Notes under the pieces: model-generated
Seen by the model: the letters and a program-made list of their open reading frames with translations, nothing else
The model's database searches: none
What the model was told of the DNA's origin: nothing
Program-made: the position numbers and the translations under genes
Part shown: positions 51,660-64,000 of the stretch, piece by piece
Numbering within the stretch: the first letter of the stretch is position 1
How the letters are laid out: each line of letters begins with the position of its first letter
From: Antedon mediterranea
Lineage: Eukaryota > Animalia > Echinodermata
Length of the DNA stretch: 64,000 nucleotides
Direction of reading: 5' to 3'
Assembly (NCBI RefSeq): GCF_964355755.1
Contig: NC_092671.1
Location: 18,104,001-18,168,000 of the forward strand

Positions 51660-52499
51660 GTAAGTTAACGATTTTGGCGAATTTTTTAGTTAAACAAACC
51701 ACACAGGTCATAAACTAAAGAAATTAATAATCAAATAGTAAAAATTAAAAAATTGTGGACACACAAAAAAGATAAAAAGTTGGTTACACTAATCAGACTT
51801 TTATTATACTGTGTACTGTGTTTGTCGATTTAATGAAGAAGAAAAAAAACCAAACCTTTGTTGAATGAAGAATACAGTGCATTTGAATTATTATATATAT
51901 AATGATTTGATTGATTGATGTACAGTATAAAATCATCATGTTATCTTGGAGTTCTATCATACAGCAAGTACCATACTGCATACGAAACAAACACAATTTG
52001 TATCATTTAGTAGGCCTTTTGTGTAATCACTGCAAAATTCTGTGATAAGTATATTCTTTCCTCTTGTAGGTTGTTCAAATAAGCAATTCATATGACAATT
52101 CTGTTTAGTGTGTAATTTCTGTGTATATATGTTTGTGTTGATTTTCAGTCCTGAAACAGGTGCTGTATATTTGATATCTATGCTTAAATTAAAAAATATT
52201 CTACAACAAAACCATTTCTAGATGGTAGTTTATTTTTTAACCAGCAAAAACAGAGCTCAAGAATTGTAATACCAAGTTTTTGTATTGCTTTTTAATAAAT
52301 CAGCTATAAATCTTTTAAGCTATTTTTCTTAGTAAATGTACATGTTTTTGCCACAGTCAAATTAAGCAGATTTATTAATTACGTTTGAGCAACTGAGGCA
52401 GTTCTATTCAGTTTCATACTTTAGCTCCAGTACAGTAACATGTTAGTTTTAAAGATAAAGGTATTTAACGCAGTGAGCGTCTTTCCATTATTATTATTA

Positions 52500-52700
52500 T
52501 TATTTATTATCGTCCTCGAGCTTAATTGGAAAACTGAGGAAATTTGTATTAGGCCATCTATGAACCCACAGCAACCGTCAGTGCAGAAATCACAAGGACT
52601 AATAGTGTACCAAAGTTATTTAACATGCACTGTATGTACACACGTCCAACGGCTTTACGTCCCATCCAAAGGCCGGGTCAATGAGATTAAAGTGTCTTAG
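52500..52700 (-). mobile_element. SINE fragment (Meta-domain-like)
   Basis: reverse complement cctttggatgggacgtaaagccgttgg matches the + copy at about 60630. Confidence 0.5.
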
Positions 52701-53172
52701 AAACATTTTATTGTGTGCTATATAAGGCTACCATTATTATTATTATCTATCCTACAGTAAAGGATGATACAATCAACATGGCACAGATAGGCTTGAACCT
52801 AAACCTGTCACATGCTAGTCAAATATTCTATCACTAATAAACTCCAATTATCCGTTTTGTCCATGTGAACTGGTTTTTCTGAAATGTATTGAATTAATGT
52901 ATTTATTTTGTGAACTTGCTAATCAATGCAACCTAGTTATACTCATCTAAATTTGTTTACACAGTTCACACGCTGTGGTTAATTTTTTTACAAATTTACG
53001 AACAAACGTCTATATTCAAATCAAATCAAATCCATTTATTGCAACAAAGTAAACATTGTTGAATTTACATATTCAATTCAATTCAACCTGTCTGTAAGTC
53101 TGTCTGTAACTGTGATCTTAAATAAATAACATACAAATAAATTACATACTTTTTTTTTACTCACCTTTTTAG

Positions 53173-53208
53173 GGAATTATACAATAACCGTGGAAACATG
53201 AAAACAAG
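53173..53208 (+). CDS. candidate 36-nt symmetric microexon (ELYNNRGNMKT)
   Basis: pyrimidine-rich tttttag acceptor, AG|GTATAT donor, phase 2-2, no stop. Confidence 0.5.
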
Positions 53209-53351
53209 GTATATTGTTGTTTTTAACTGTACTGTACTTGTGCTATGAGTTCTATAAGCATGATCAAATGTACTAAAAACAACTGAAAAAAAATAAGATC
53301 TTAAAAATGACTTTTGTAAAAACTTTTTATAGCTAGCTATACATAACGACA

Positions 53352-53403
53352 GATTGACTTAATAAGTTGATTGACTTAATAAGTTGATTGACTTAATAAG
53401 TTG
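53352..53403. repeat. 17-bp tandem repeat x3 (GATTGACTTAATAAGTT)
   Basis: direct reading. Confidence 0.9.
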
Positions 53404-54777
53404 TTTGAATGCGGCTTCAATTTTGGTTTAGTATGAAACAGTGCTTGCCAACAATGGCATTTTAATTAAGAGAACTCCAGTCAAATAATTTTGATTAAAT
53501 TAAATAAATAATAGTGTTGGCATTGAATTAAATATTGAATATTTATGAAATGCAAATATATATAATAAATAACGATTTAATTCTCTTTTGTCATTTAAAA
53601 TGACATTTAAAGAGTATAACTATAAGGTGTCACATGATGTAGGTATACAGTTTGGAATCAAATTGACTAATTTGGTCATTTTCACATGTCATGTAAAGTT
53701 TAGATATTTCCTTGAAATAAATCAATAAATAAAAGACATTTTAAGGGTAAGTATGGCCATGGGGTAAAATAATATGCAATAATGATGTTTAAATACCTGC
53801 AGGCCTATTGTATTCTGTAATTCTGTTTTTTCTTTATTAAATATTATGTAGATATTATATGTTAATTGTTAAAGTATTTTAACATATTCATGATATATAT
53901 TCTTGTATCTAAATTTGTAAACTTCTTTTACAAGAGATTGTTAGATAAGTTAAATCATAGGCCTATCTAGATTGATGCACTTACTTTTACTTTATAATAA
54001 TGTACATATCACTAGTGTGAATTGCAATCAAAACATTGAGCATGTCCTATTAATTATTAACTATTAATCTTAAAAAAGTAGATAACTGCATATTCTCATA
54101 ATTCACAATGACACTAAAATGACACTAAGAAAACAGTTTAATAATTTTGTTATTATAGTATCATGAAATGTAATGTACATTTTATCAGAGAAAATAAACT
54201 TTCTAGCTACAAGAATTAATGTTAATACAAAATTCGTAGTACAGTACTGTATAATCAGTAATAATATGTATAATCAGTCTCTAGTTTGAGGTAATTAAAA
54301 AACAGTTTAACCTCTCGTAGTGGATTCCACTAGATCCAAAAAAAGTTTATCCGTTGTCAAAAAAAACTTCTTTGGTGGCTGCTTATCTGATGCATAATTA
54401 TCATACAAACTTTTTTAAGATTCAAAGTAAAACAGTTGATGAAGGTGACCGCTATAGTGCCAACTGCACTGATTAAATAGAGTGAGGAAGATTTTGAATT
54501 TAAGTAACTTTTATGTTTTTGTTGTAAAGGTTTCAAATGGGAGAGATGCATGAACCTATCAAGTGTACCTGCTTTTCATCTTTTTTTTAATACTTTTTTT
54601 TTCTGTATAAATTACAATTATGAGTTATTTCTTTTTAAATTTAATGTTGTATGGTACTTTATGCAAATGTTTGGTACTTTTTTTTTTACTTATAATATAC
54701 ACTTTAATATTGTATTGAAATATAATAACATAAATATTGACTATACCTATTGATAGAACATAGACTAAAATATAAAA

Positions 54778-54930
54778 CCACCTACCCAGCTTACAGGCCC
54801 ATCCCACTCTCAAGCCCCACTCTTCCACCCCACTCTCCCACCCCTCTCTTCCACCACATTCTACCACCCCACTTTTTACATTATCCCATTCCACCATACT
54901 CTGTCTCTCACCCACTATTCCACCCCACTA
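54778..54930. repeat. C-rich degenerate minisatellite (CCACCCCACT-like)
   Basis: direct reading; G-rich on the minus strand. Confidence 0.75.
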
Positions 54931-55103
54931 TCTCTCTTAGGTGAACTAAAGTATATCTACACTTATTAGTGATGCTTACATTTTTTCCCTTACTCACCCA
55001 ATCACTCCAATTTCAAAGTAACATTAGTAAAAATTTAAGAAAGAGATAGATGTATTTTACAAAGATTCATTTGATGAAATTTTGGGTTCTTGAAATATTA
55101 CAG

Positions 55104-55139
55104 GAGACCCCGACGACACTCGTACCCTAGTGACCCCAG
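55104..55139 (+). CDS. candidate 36-nt symmetric microexon (RRPRRHSYPSDP)
   Basis: tacag acceptor, CAG|GTGAGG donor, GC-rich island in an AT-rich intron, phase 2-2. Confidence 0.65.
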
Positions 55140-56840
55140 GTGAGGAAGGATGGTATTGACTGAACAATTTTGTTCGCTTTTTCTGGTACAATATTTTGTT
55201 TGTTATAGTTTTACACTTTTACAATTTTATGTTTCCTTTTTTTTCCTAATCTACTTAATCTTGGTAATAATCAGGCATAATTGTCATGAAATTTATCTAG
55301 ACACTTTACTAGACACATTCTAATCAATAATCACATTTAAAAAAATCATTTGTATTTTTTTTTAGTTTAAGCCACAAATAATCAATACAAATTTTCTTGC
55401 ACTGCAGGAACTACTGAATCAGTAGATCGTGCTATAACAAACTGCACATGCTCACAAATACCGAGCTGCAGTAGTACGCCGCATTTATAAATGGCTGCAC
55501 AGTCAATACTAATTTGCTAACAAAAGAATAAAGTTTGTAGTATACTCTTTGCAGTGTTTTGCCACAAAATCATTCATTGGATCTGCTCAATATCATTGAC
55601 CCATTGTGGTTATACTAAAGTTGTGGAAGGGGAAGGTCAAACAACAGGGTCAAGGTCAAATTAGACCACATTGTGAGCACAAATTGTGAATGGCACTTTC
55701 TCAGGCCAGCTTCCACATAAGAATAATCATATTAATCTTAAAGGCAATGATGAATGATTTTGGGAATTTTTTAAAATATATTCCTTGGTTGCTTTTCCAT
55801 TGTAGCATAGAGCAATTTTTTATGCTTTACGATTGTAGTAACCATGTAGTACTAATATTCGAATTCTAATAAATACAATTATTTAGTATTTGATTACTAT
55901 AAACTGTTGTACAACTACTAACTGCATGCATCTTTAAAAGCATAAATTTGATTAATTAGTCAAAACCTCTTTTTTTTAAAGATGTCTCCTAAATATGTAT
56001 GTTTTTTTGTATTTATTTATAGGCCTACTGTACTAATCAATAAAACATTGTCAGAGAGGTTGAATACAAATAAGCTCTTAATTGAAAACTGCAAACTAAA
56101 AGAAGCCTTCCTTGGGGAGACGGGATTGTTTTATTATATTTGATTAAAAACATGTATAATAAAAAATAATCCCCATAGCGCTTTTATTTACAATTTTGTG
56201 CTATGTTATGTTGACACCTTTGATTAATGACTAGAATAATGTGAAATGTTAAATGTGAATTATGTAATATTGTAGCGTTATTAGTGCTCTATGACACATG
56301 AAGGAATTATTTAATGCTATTGTGAGATATGCATGATAGCTTGGACAATTTGTTGCCATTAAACATCTTATTCATTTTAAAGCATGTTTTTTATTTTGTT
56401 TTTGCGTGAATTAATTTCTAATTTAGTTTTCCTTATTTCAAATATATTTGTGTTGCTTTTGTGAAATACTGTATGCTTTTATAATTATAGTTTGCAACAT
56501 GGAATATAAATTATACTTCTTGTACATAAATTCTAAATAATTGATGTTTGTTATAATACTGCACTTCTAATTTGCATGATCTCTACATTAAATATTTACC
56601 AGTAATTATAATCTTGCTGATATTTTATGTTTGTTATTCTGTTTTTATAACTATATACAAGGTAGCCTTGTAAACAAATTATTATTAATATTATTTACTG
56701 TTGTTGTTTATTTATAATTGATAAGAAAAAGAAAACATAAAAAATGATGTTTTGTGCAAATTAACATAATATTCTGCCAGGTAGATTTGGCTTGAAAATG
56801 GTTTATATTTTGTGTAATACTTGTTTTAAACATTTCTTAG

Positions 56841-56913
56841 GCATGGTCGTGAAAGACGAGGTAGTGCGTTTCACAGAATATCCACAAGAGGTCATCACGA
56901 CCGACATCCGCAG
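56841..56913 (+). CDS. SLC4 exon (HGRERRGSAFHRISTRGHHDRHPQ)
   Basis: cttag acceptor and CAG|GTTAGA donor; phase 2 to 0 is required to join 51659 to 57249. Confidence 0.8.
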
Positions 56914-57248
56914 GTTAGATTAATGTTGAAACTTTGGAATTTTGTCATCAATTTCACCATAAATAATATTCTCATCATTGCAATGACAACCAACTAAATA
57001 TTAAAAGCATGATTGTTTAATAGCAATCAAAATAAATCAGTGTTGTCACTATGTTATTATCTTAAGAGTAAAGTAAATGATTAAATAATAATCATAAGCC
57101 AAAATAAATGAAGTCCTGAATATATGGAGGATGTGTGCAGAGGATACACCCACACCCACCACCTCTTAAACCGTGCCTGTATTATCTTCATATCTTAATA
57201 TCTTTAAAAACAAATTATGAAATGCCTGTAAAAATCTTTATTTATTAG

Positions 57249-57572
57249 AGTGTCAAGGGTGACTACACATCAGTTCCAATAACGGTTGATTTTTGTCAGC
57301 CAGCAATGATACAAAAGGAATCCAAAGACGGAATAATGCGCAAACTACCTGAAGATTCGGAGGCAGCGATGGTGATGGTGGCTGGAGATGACACTCAAAC
57401 TCTAAACCAGTCTGTCATGGCTTTGGTTCGGTTATCAAATCCCACAATCTTCCAAGGTTTCACAGAAGTTCCTATCCCTCTACGGTTTCTGTTTATCACT
57501 ATTTGTAAATCTAAAGAGCGAGATTCTTATTTTGAAATCGGAAGATCTTTATCAACCTTATTGTCTGATCCA
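57249..57572 (+). CDS. SLC4A2: SLC4 cytoplasmic domain exon (KLPEDSEA...VRLS...TEVPIPLRFLFI...EIGRSLSTLLSD)
   Basis: conserved motifs; attag acceptor and GTGAGT donor. Confidence 0.92.
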
Positions 57573-58087
57573 GTGAGTATTAGAATGTGACTAATTAGAA
57601 GTAAAATTGCCTAAAGTTTCTTTAAAATATTTGTTTTTTTTAGGGGAGTGCAAGCTTATCAGATCAGAACAAAATTGTATTAATATGTTAAATATTTAAG
57701 AATTGTTTTTGGTTAAAAACTAATATAAATATTATTATTATTTATTTATTTGTTGTTTTGTCCATGTGTTTTATGTGACAAGTATTTTCTTGTAAAATCC
57801 ACTATTAATGGTATTTTTCATGATTTATTTTGTTATTTTTCTATGCACAATTAATACAAATAAATGTTAGTTAGTTAGTTAATTAATTGATGATGCACAA
57901 CATTCTACATAATGGATCTTTTGAAGTGTACACAATTTTGACTTATCTGCTTTACTTACACTTATTTTGACTTGATATGATTATTACATTCCATTTGTAA
58001 TGAACATAACAACATTGAGGTACATAATAATAGATAGCTAGTCTATAGTATTTTTTACAAATTTGTTAAAAATGTTTGTTCTTTCAG

Positions 58088-58295
58088 TACTTTCGCAAGA
58101 GTGCATATCGAGCAACAAACTGCAATGGCATCCTGAAGGGGATTAATGAATTCCTGGATAGAACCATGGTACTTCCACCAGGAGAATGGGATAGAGAGTT
58201 ACTGGAACCAATTCTGCGGCATCGCGAAAAGACCGTTCATGCTCAGAATAAAGCAAGATCTGAGCGTTTTAGCAGTGCTCGTCTTTCTGAAAGTG
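58088..58295 (+). CDS. SLC4A2: SLC4 exon (FRKSAYRA...INEFLDRTMVLPPGEWD)
   Basis: VLPPGEW motif; canonical splice sites. Confidence 0.93.
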
Positions 58296-58305
58296 GTATG
58301 TCATT

Positions 58306-58416
58306 TAAATCTTGGTCTATACTAGCAAACTTTATGTGACACAGAGGCATATCGCTACTATATTTGGGCACACCACATGTTTTTGTCACACAAAGTTTGA
58401 TAGTGCAGACAGAGCT
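58306..58416. mobile_element. small Harbinger-like MITE copy
   Basis: right terminus aagtttgatagtgcagacagagct. Confidence 0.65.
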
Positions 58417-58850
58417 TAAGTTTTATGTTGTCACTCAATTATTAATCAAAGACATAAAATACTGAAGATAGAGAAAGATTATGCAATTTGAGAGAGCCCT
58501 TTGCCTAGAAGGACTGGATTTTACTGTCTGCAGTAATGTTGAAATTATACAAATAAATGTTTATTAAAGTTTAACTCATAAAATATTCTCGCCAGCCAAC
58601 AAATACAAAATTTATCCATTGAAAATCATTGAATAGGTTGGTAGCAGTCAACAGCCTCTGAACGTACATGAGAAGCCATAAGTTATGATCCTTAGAAATC
58701 ACCTTTCTGTTTGTTAGTACTAATACCGAACGTGATGCGCGATAATCAAGAATACATTTTGGTGTGCTAAATTCCACCTAATCCTTGCTATGGATGTTAA
58801 AACTATGGACAAAAAAATTATAATACCAAAACTTTTTCATTCAATTTCAG

Positions 58851-59075
58851 ATATTGCATCCCTTTTGGAGAAACAACGACAGAAAGAAGAAGCTGGCACC
58901 AGCTTTTTGAAAAGGACTGGAAGACTGTTTGGAGGTCTAATAAATGAAGTAAAACAGCGCTATCCGTTGATTGTTAGTGATATTAAGGATGGTTTAAATG
59001 TACAGTGTCTTATCTCATTTATGTGTCTCTACTTTGCTTGTCTTGCTCCAGCAATTGCATTTGGTGGGCTACTGG
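58851..59075 (+). CDS. SLC4A2: SLC4 exon (LKRTGRLFGGLINEVKQRYP...TM1 FACLAPAIAFGGLLG)
   Basis: signature motifs; canonical splice sites. Confidence 0.95.
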
Positions 59076-59784
59076 GTTAGTATACTTTTGATTTTATGAA
59101 ATGTTTTGCATGGTAATTCTTTTCCTTAAAGGATGTTTATAAAATTTTGTTTTAATTACACTGTGCTGAATAATGGTCCAGGGAATGTATAGCATAGACA
59201 TTAAGTATGGTAAACAAGATCTTTAGTGAAGACTTCTTTTGCTTGTCTATCTAGATTGTCCGGACTTTGAGTCTGTATTTTATCATATAGTGTATTTGAC
59301 CACGATAAGCAGTGATCTGCTGGATTTATCTTTTATCACACTATATTTGACCACACAAAGGTCTAGGTTACAGAATATGGATACCTAATTCCTCCTCTCA
59401 TCTTGACTACTATAGTTTCACTGCAGACGTGTTGAGTCCTTGAGCAAGATTCTTTATCCACATTGTTCCTCATCAGACTCGTTTGTGCTGGAGGAGTGGC
59501 GTACCAACCCCCCCCCCCCCCCACACACACAAACATACACACTTAGTGGAGTCTGGCCCAAACGCTAAAGAAATAGAGATGGGCACCACAGCCGTTAGCA
59601 TTAGCTTAGGTTTTGACTTTACCTTTACCTTATAGTTAAAAAAAAAAAAAAGTATACAATTTAAATCAAATACAATTATATTTGTATGCATTTGCTGTAA
59701 CAAACATAAAATTACTCATGAATTTAACTCTAATTCAATCATTAATAATGCAAAAGAGTTTCACTTTATAGTAGAACTGTAACA

Positions 59785-59900
59785 TGGTGGTTAACATGCT
59801 TGCCTTTCAATCTCAAAGTCCAGGGTTCAATCCTGACCTGTGCCCGGGTAACTCACCGCTCTTTCAACTCCACTCCCTAAGCCTCAAATGAGACTTAGTT
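59785..59900 (+). mobile_element. tRNA-derived SINE head fragment
   Basis: A-box-like tggtggttaa and B-box ggttcaatcc; no complete cloverleaf. Confidence 0.5.
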
Positions 59901-60327
59901 TATAAGCACGATAAATTATAGAACAGTTTATCCATCCTGTAATTGGCAAATTATTCATAAAATTTAAAAATTTATATTACCTACCAGTTTTTCATATGTA
60001 GTTTAAAATCTTTCCCAGTGCAATTCTGGTCATTTTGATAATTGATTTTGATGTGTATGGAAATGCAAACAAGCTCTCTCTTATAATAAATATATACATT
60101 TACAGCTTCAGTAAAAGGACATTGATCCTAGTAGAATTAAAGCCTATACAATGTTGACATCACCATCAACTATTTCTCTACTTACCGTAGGGTTTTAAAT
60201 TCAAAGGCTTATAAAAACAGGTCACCACTATTTAAATTTGTGTCCCACTATTAAAAGCCATTAGTTCTTTCAAAAACATTTAACACAACTATTTATTTAC
60301 AACCTAAGTTTTGTGTCTTTAATACAG

Positions 60328-60476
60328 GTGAGAAAACGAATGATTTATTGGGTGTTTCAGGAATGATAATTTCAACTGGATTATGCGGCATTGTATTTGC
60401 CATGTTTGCAGGTCAACCACTCATTTTGATTGGTGCTACTGGCCCGATGTTGGTTTTTGAAGAAAATTTGTTTCAG
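60328..60476 (+). CDS. SLC4A2: SLC4 exon TM2-3 (EKTNDLLGVSG...FAGQPLILIGATGPMLVFEE)
   Basis: GQPL and TGPxLVFEE motifs; translated by eye; canonical splice sites. Confidence 0.95.
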
Positions 60477-60619
60477 GTAAAGTTAGTGTAAAAAAATAAA
60501 TTTGTATCACTGTAAAGTTATAGGTTTTTCATCATGACTATCATTACATCATGTGATAGACATGGGTTCAAACCTATGTCTACCATACTAATTGTACATT
60601 TCTGCAATGCTTTACACTT

Positions 60620-60820
60620 ATTGCCTCATCCTTCGGATGGGACGTAAGGCCATTGGTCCTGTGAGTGCACGTTAAATAACTTAATAGTAGGGGATCGTCT
60701 CCCAGTGTGCTAATCTGGTTATCGCTGCACTGCTGGCTGCCATTGGTCCATAGAGGTCCTAATCCGAATTTATTCAGGGTTTCCAGTTAAACTTGAGTAC
60801 AGTATAAAGACTTTTTACCT
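60620..60820 (+). mobile_element. SINE fragment (Meta-domain-like)
   Basis: ccttcggatgggacgtaaggccattggtcc core shared with the 52.6-kb copy. Confidence 0.5.
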
Positions 60821-60987
60821 TTTTAAAACTTTATTTAACATACAGTACGGAATTAAACCCAAAAATTAAAATTAAGCCTAAAATTATGCAAATTTATTCC
60901 ATCATAATTTAAGTCATATGGTTTCATACTATAAATACTAGACTGTTAAATTTGATTTTACACGTGATTTTATTTTTATATTTTTAG

Positions 60988-61182
60988 TTTTGTAAAAAAG
61001 TAGATGTGGATTTCCTAACATGGAGAATATGGATTGGTTTGTGGATCCTTGTGATTGCGTTAATGGTTGTAGCAGCTGAAGGAAGCGCCCTCATACATTA
61101 CTTCACACGTTTTACTGAAGAAATATTTGCAACTTTAATATCAATTATATTTATTTATGAAACTTATAAGAGTCTTTACTAT
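60988..61182 (+). CDS. SLC4A2: SLC4 exon TM4-5 (WRIWIGLW...FTRFTEEIFATLISIIFIYE)
   Basis: TRFTEEIF motif; canonical splice sites. Confidence 0.96.
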
Positions 61183-61564
61183 GTAAGTAATTCTTTTTTT
61201 TTAAAAAGGCGTATACTTGATAAATCATCTTGTTTTTTACTGTGATAACATTGTAGCTCTCTAGCCAGTCTATAATACCTCAATAGTATTTTATGAATAA
61301 AGATTCAAAGAATAAGATTTTTAATTTACAGATATTTAAATTTCACAGCTGTGAACTACCTGGCTACCAGCAAATTTAAATGTTTATGCTTTTTCTGATA
61401 AATTTAGTCACTATTTTCTCATTTAAATTTTACATTTTGTTATTGGAGTAAATTTATACCATAATCACATCAATTTAACTTAAAGTTCATTTTGTAAAAT
61501 ATAATATATAAATAATTAAATGAAAACATTTCTTAGCAGTGCAGGAAATATTTTAATTTTTTAG

Positions 61565-61828
61565 GTAATGAAGGAGAATCCATTTGAAATGGAATATTGT
61601 AGCAATGAATCATCATTGACAGTTATTTATGAAGATGAATATGATGTTGAAGTTACAACATCACCCACAGAGAAACACATTAAAGAAGTATATAATGGAG
61701 ATGACAAATCATATGGCCATGACCCATTTCCAAACACAACTCTCTTTTCTATCATTTTGACTTTGGGAACATTTTTTGTGGCTTACTTTTTGCGAGGCTT
61801 TAAAAACAGCACATTCTTAGGAAGGAGT
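61565..61828 (+). CDS. SLC4A2: SLC4 exon, extracellular loop 3 and TM6 (PNTTLFSIILTLGTF...FKNSTFLGRS)
   Basis: PNT and GTF motifs; GTGAGT donor. Confidence 0.93.
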
Positions 61829-62027
61829 GTGAGTAGCGTTTTTCTTCTCTTCAAATTGTTTTTTTTTCCAAGTAATTTTGACTTTATTGTTCATTGTTTA
61901 TTTATAAATATAAAAAAAACATTCATTGTATTAGTAATGATGCAATATTTATTTCCACAACTGGTTTCTAGCTTCAGGACATTCAAAACTCTGTTTTAAC
62001 CTCTATTATATCCATCTATTTTTTCAG

Positions 62028-62117
62028 GCAAGACGGATTATTGGAGATTTTTCAATAGCTATCGCAATTTTTCTCATGGTGCTTTTAGACTTTGCAATAA
62101 AAAATATATACACAGAT
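62028..62117 (+). CDS. SLC4A2: SLC4 exon TM7 (ARRIIGDFSIAIAIFLMVLLDFAIKNIYTD)
   Basis: RRxIGDF motif; canonical splice sites. Confidence 0.95.
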
Positions 62118-62305
62118 GTAAGTTTTTCAAAATTGTCATGGCACAATTAAGTACTAGTGTAGATTTCAACTTTTCCCACATATGGGAAGTGCATATAGAC
62201 TTTAAAAAAATGTGAATACTCATTTGCTTGAACCTAGCTACTTTCCCAGAATATTGTCATATATTAAAGTCATATCATACAAAGAACTGTTTTTTTCATT
62301 CAAAG

Positions 62306-62463
62306 AAATTGACTGTATCATCACATTTGAAAGATGAAAGAACAATGTTTATACATCCATTAGGAAATGAAGATCAACCAATTACTGTGGCAATAATATT
62401 TGCAGCAGCTATTCCGGCTTTTATGGTTTTTATTCTTCTTTATATTGAAATTTTACTCACAGG
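62306..62463 (+). CDS. SLC4A2: SLC4 exon TM8 (KLTV...IHPLG...AAIPAFMVFILLYIEILLT)
   Basis: caaag acceptor and GTAAGT donor; Glu at the AE1 E681-equivalent position. Confidence 0.92.
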
Positions 62464-62986
62464 GTAAGTGGACTCAAAATATATAGTTTCTACTATTATA
62501 TGGTTTTGTGCTAGGGAGTTCAGTTGATTAGTTAAATATTTGCCCAACTTTGAAGAAAGTTTATCATAGTTTTTTAATTGAATTTATCTAGGTAAAGCAA
62601 TATATTTTACAATTGAGTTTTAAAAGTGAATCAACAAAATGTTAGTATCTGCAATAATTTAAACTCATCAATTCCCTTATTTTTAATGTTTTTTAAAGTT
62701 TTAAACTTTGTAATGCAACTCATTTCAGATTCGGCTGCCCACTTGCAAATATGTTTTTATACCTGAATAAATAAATAATTGTATTGAGAATTGTAAGTTG
62801 TTCTCAAACCCATGACTTCCTTAGGCTGCATGCGTTGATAGATGATAGGGTTAGATTCACGCTTGTGGAAGCATTGGGTATATACTGCACCGATATGTGG
62901 ATAAGTCGATAGGCATTTCACAATGCTACATGAGTATGTATGTGTAAAGGCAATATATGAATAAAAAATACATTTATATTTTTTAG

Positions 62987-63240
62987 GGTGGTTGTAAACA
63001 AGAAAGAAAACAAATTAAAAAAAGGCTCTGGGTTTCATCTCGATCTTTTAATTATGGGAGCTTTGTCGTTCATCTGTGGATTCTTGGGTCTGCCTTGGAT
63101 GTGTGCTGCTACAGTACGCACAGTGTCTCACGTCGGCAGCGTCAGTACGTTTACGCATTCATCAGCACCTGGTGTAAAACCAAAGCTTGAGAATATTAAG
63201 GAACAACGTGTAACAGGGTTTATGGTTAGCTTTTTAGTAG
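62987..63240 (+). CDS. SLC4A2: SLC4 exon TM9-11 (KLKKGSGFHLDL...GLPWMCAATVRTVSH...EQRVTG)
   Basis: signature motifs including the AE1 R730-equivalent Arg. Confidence 0.96.
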
Positions 63241-63773
63241 GTAAGGTTAAAATTTCAATTAGTCAAAATTAAACTTTACACCCAAACAAATATAAACTAA
63301 ATCACAAGTTAACTTATGATATTATAAAACAAACTCCAATCATGATTAATTCATAAATTTATCTTATTAATTTTGGTTGCTTAATTCATTTTCCGTCTAC
63401 TTATAAATATGAATAAAGATCGAAATATATACATTTTTAGAGTTTCATAAATTACAACTTGTTACTCAGAAAATGGAGAAGTTTTAGAGATTTTGACAAA
63501 CCCATTTGTCTGTGAAACTCGAACTATTAGTGTTTTTGGAACGAGCATGTACTGTCCACATTTGTATAGAGATCTTAAATGTACCTAGAAACTAGTTGCC
63601 TAATTGCTCACTTAATATTGACTCGTTCAGATTGTGACCAACAACACAGTATTCGTAAAAAATCGAAAAAATATAATACCACACATAGAGTAGATTGGCT
63701 TTCTTTAGATACTTCTAAAGTATTATTAAAAAACACAATTTATAAAGTAACATTTGGATTTATTATCTTTTAG

Positions 63774-63943
63774 GATTATCTGTGTTTATGAAACCAATCC
63801 TTATTGAGGTGCCATTAGCTGTTGTATATGGTGTTTTTATTTACCTTGGATTCTGCTCACTAAGTTCACTGCAGTTCATCAGTAGATTAAAGATCTTGTT
63901 CATGCCAAGTAAATATCACCCTGATGTTAGTTATGTACGAATG
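63774..63943 (+). CDS. SLC4A2: SLC4 exon TM12 (VPLAVVYGVFIYLG...FMPSKYHPDVSYVR); gene continues beyond the window
   Basis: conserved motifs; GTAAGT donor at 63944. Confidence 0.95.
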
Positions 63944-64000
63944 GTAAGTATCAATTTCTATGTTGAATAATGCTAATTGATTTTAAGTATTATTTATTAT

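Noticed and set aside
53352-53403. Palindromic 17-bp repeat resembling a CRISPR repeat
   Set aside because: The units are head-to-tail with no spacers, in a eukaryotic intron, with no cas genes.
54625-54944. ORFs on both strands over the C-rich tract
   Set aside because: Low-complexity minisatellite translation.
59785-59850. tRNA-like A/B boxes (also at about 23600 and 40960)
   Set aside because: No complete cloverleaf or acceptor stem; they look like SINE heads.

Overview
AT-rich, intron-rich animal genomic DNA. Gene style and repeats suggest a marine invertebrate deuterostome such as an echinoderm, but this is inference only. The + strand carries the last 11 coding exons of a beta-catenin gene (514-13395, ending in the PDZ-binding motif DTDL) and most of an AE-type SLC4 anion exchanger gene (ATG 43739, at least 20 coding exons, running off the window end). 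The SLC4 model has a probable CCAAT/TATA promoter at about 39.8-40.1 kb, a ~344-aa N-terminal extension that is mostly acidic, a GC-AG intron and two 36-nt symmetric microexons. Between the genes lies a full-length but dead RTE-clade LINE (about 31211-37210), interrupted by a 2-kb Mutator/foldback-like element with a 9-bp TSD and an unidentified cargo. There are many non-autonomous DNA transposons: PIF/Harbinger-like, TTAA/Kolobok-like, CAGGG-ended with 5-bp TSD, Helentron-like, and a 7-bp-TSD P-like family with 23- and 32-bp excision-footprint-like remnants. SINE/LINE fragments and a Penelope-like remnant with a degenerate hammerhead motif are also present. No prokaryotic features, CRISPR array, rRNA or tRNA genes were seen. 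All calls are by eye; no database searches were run.
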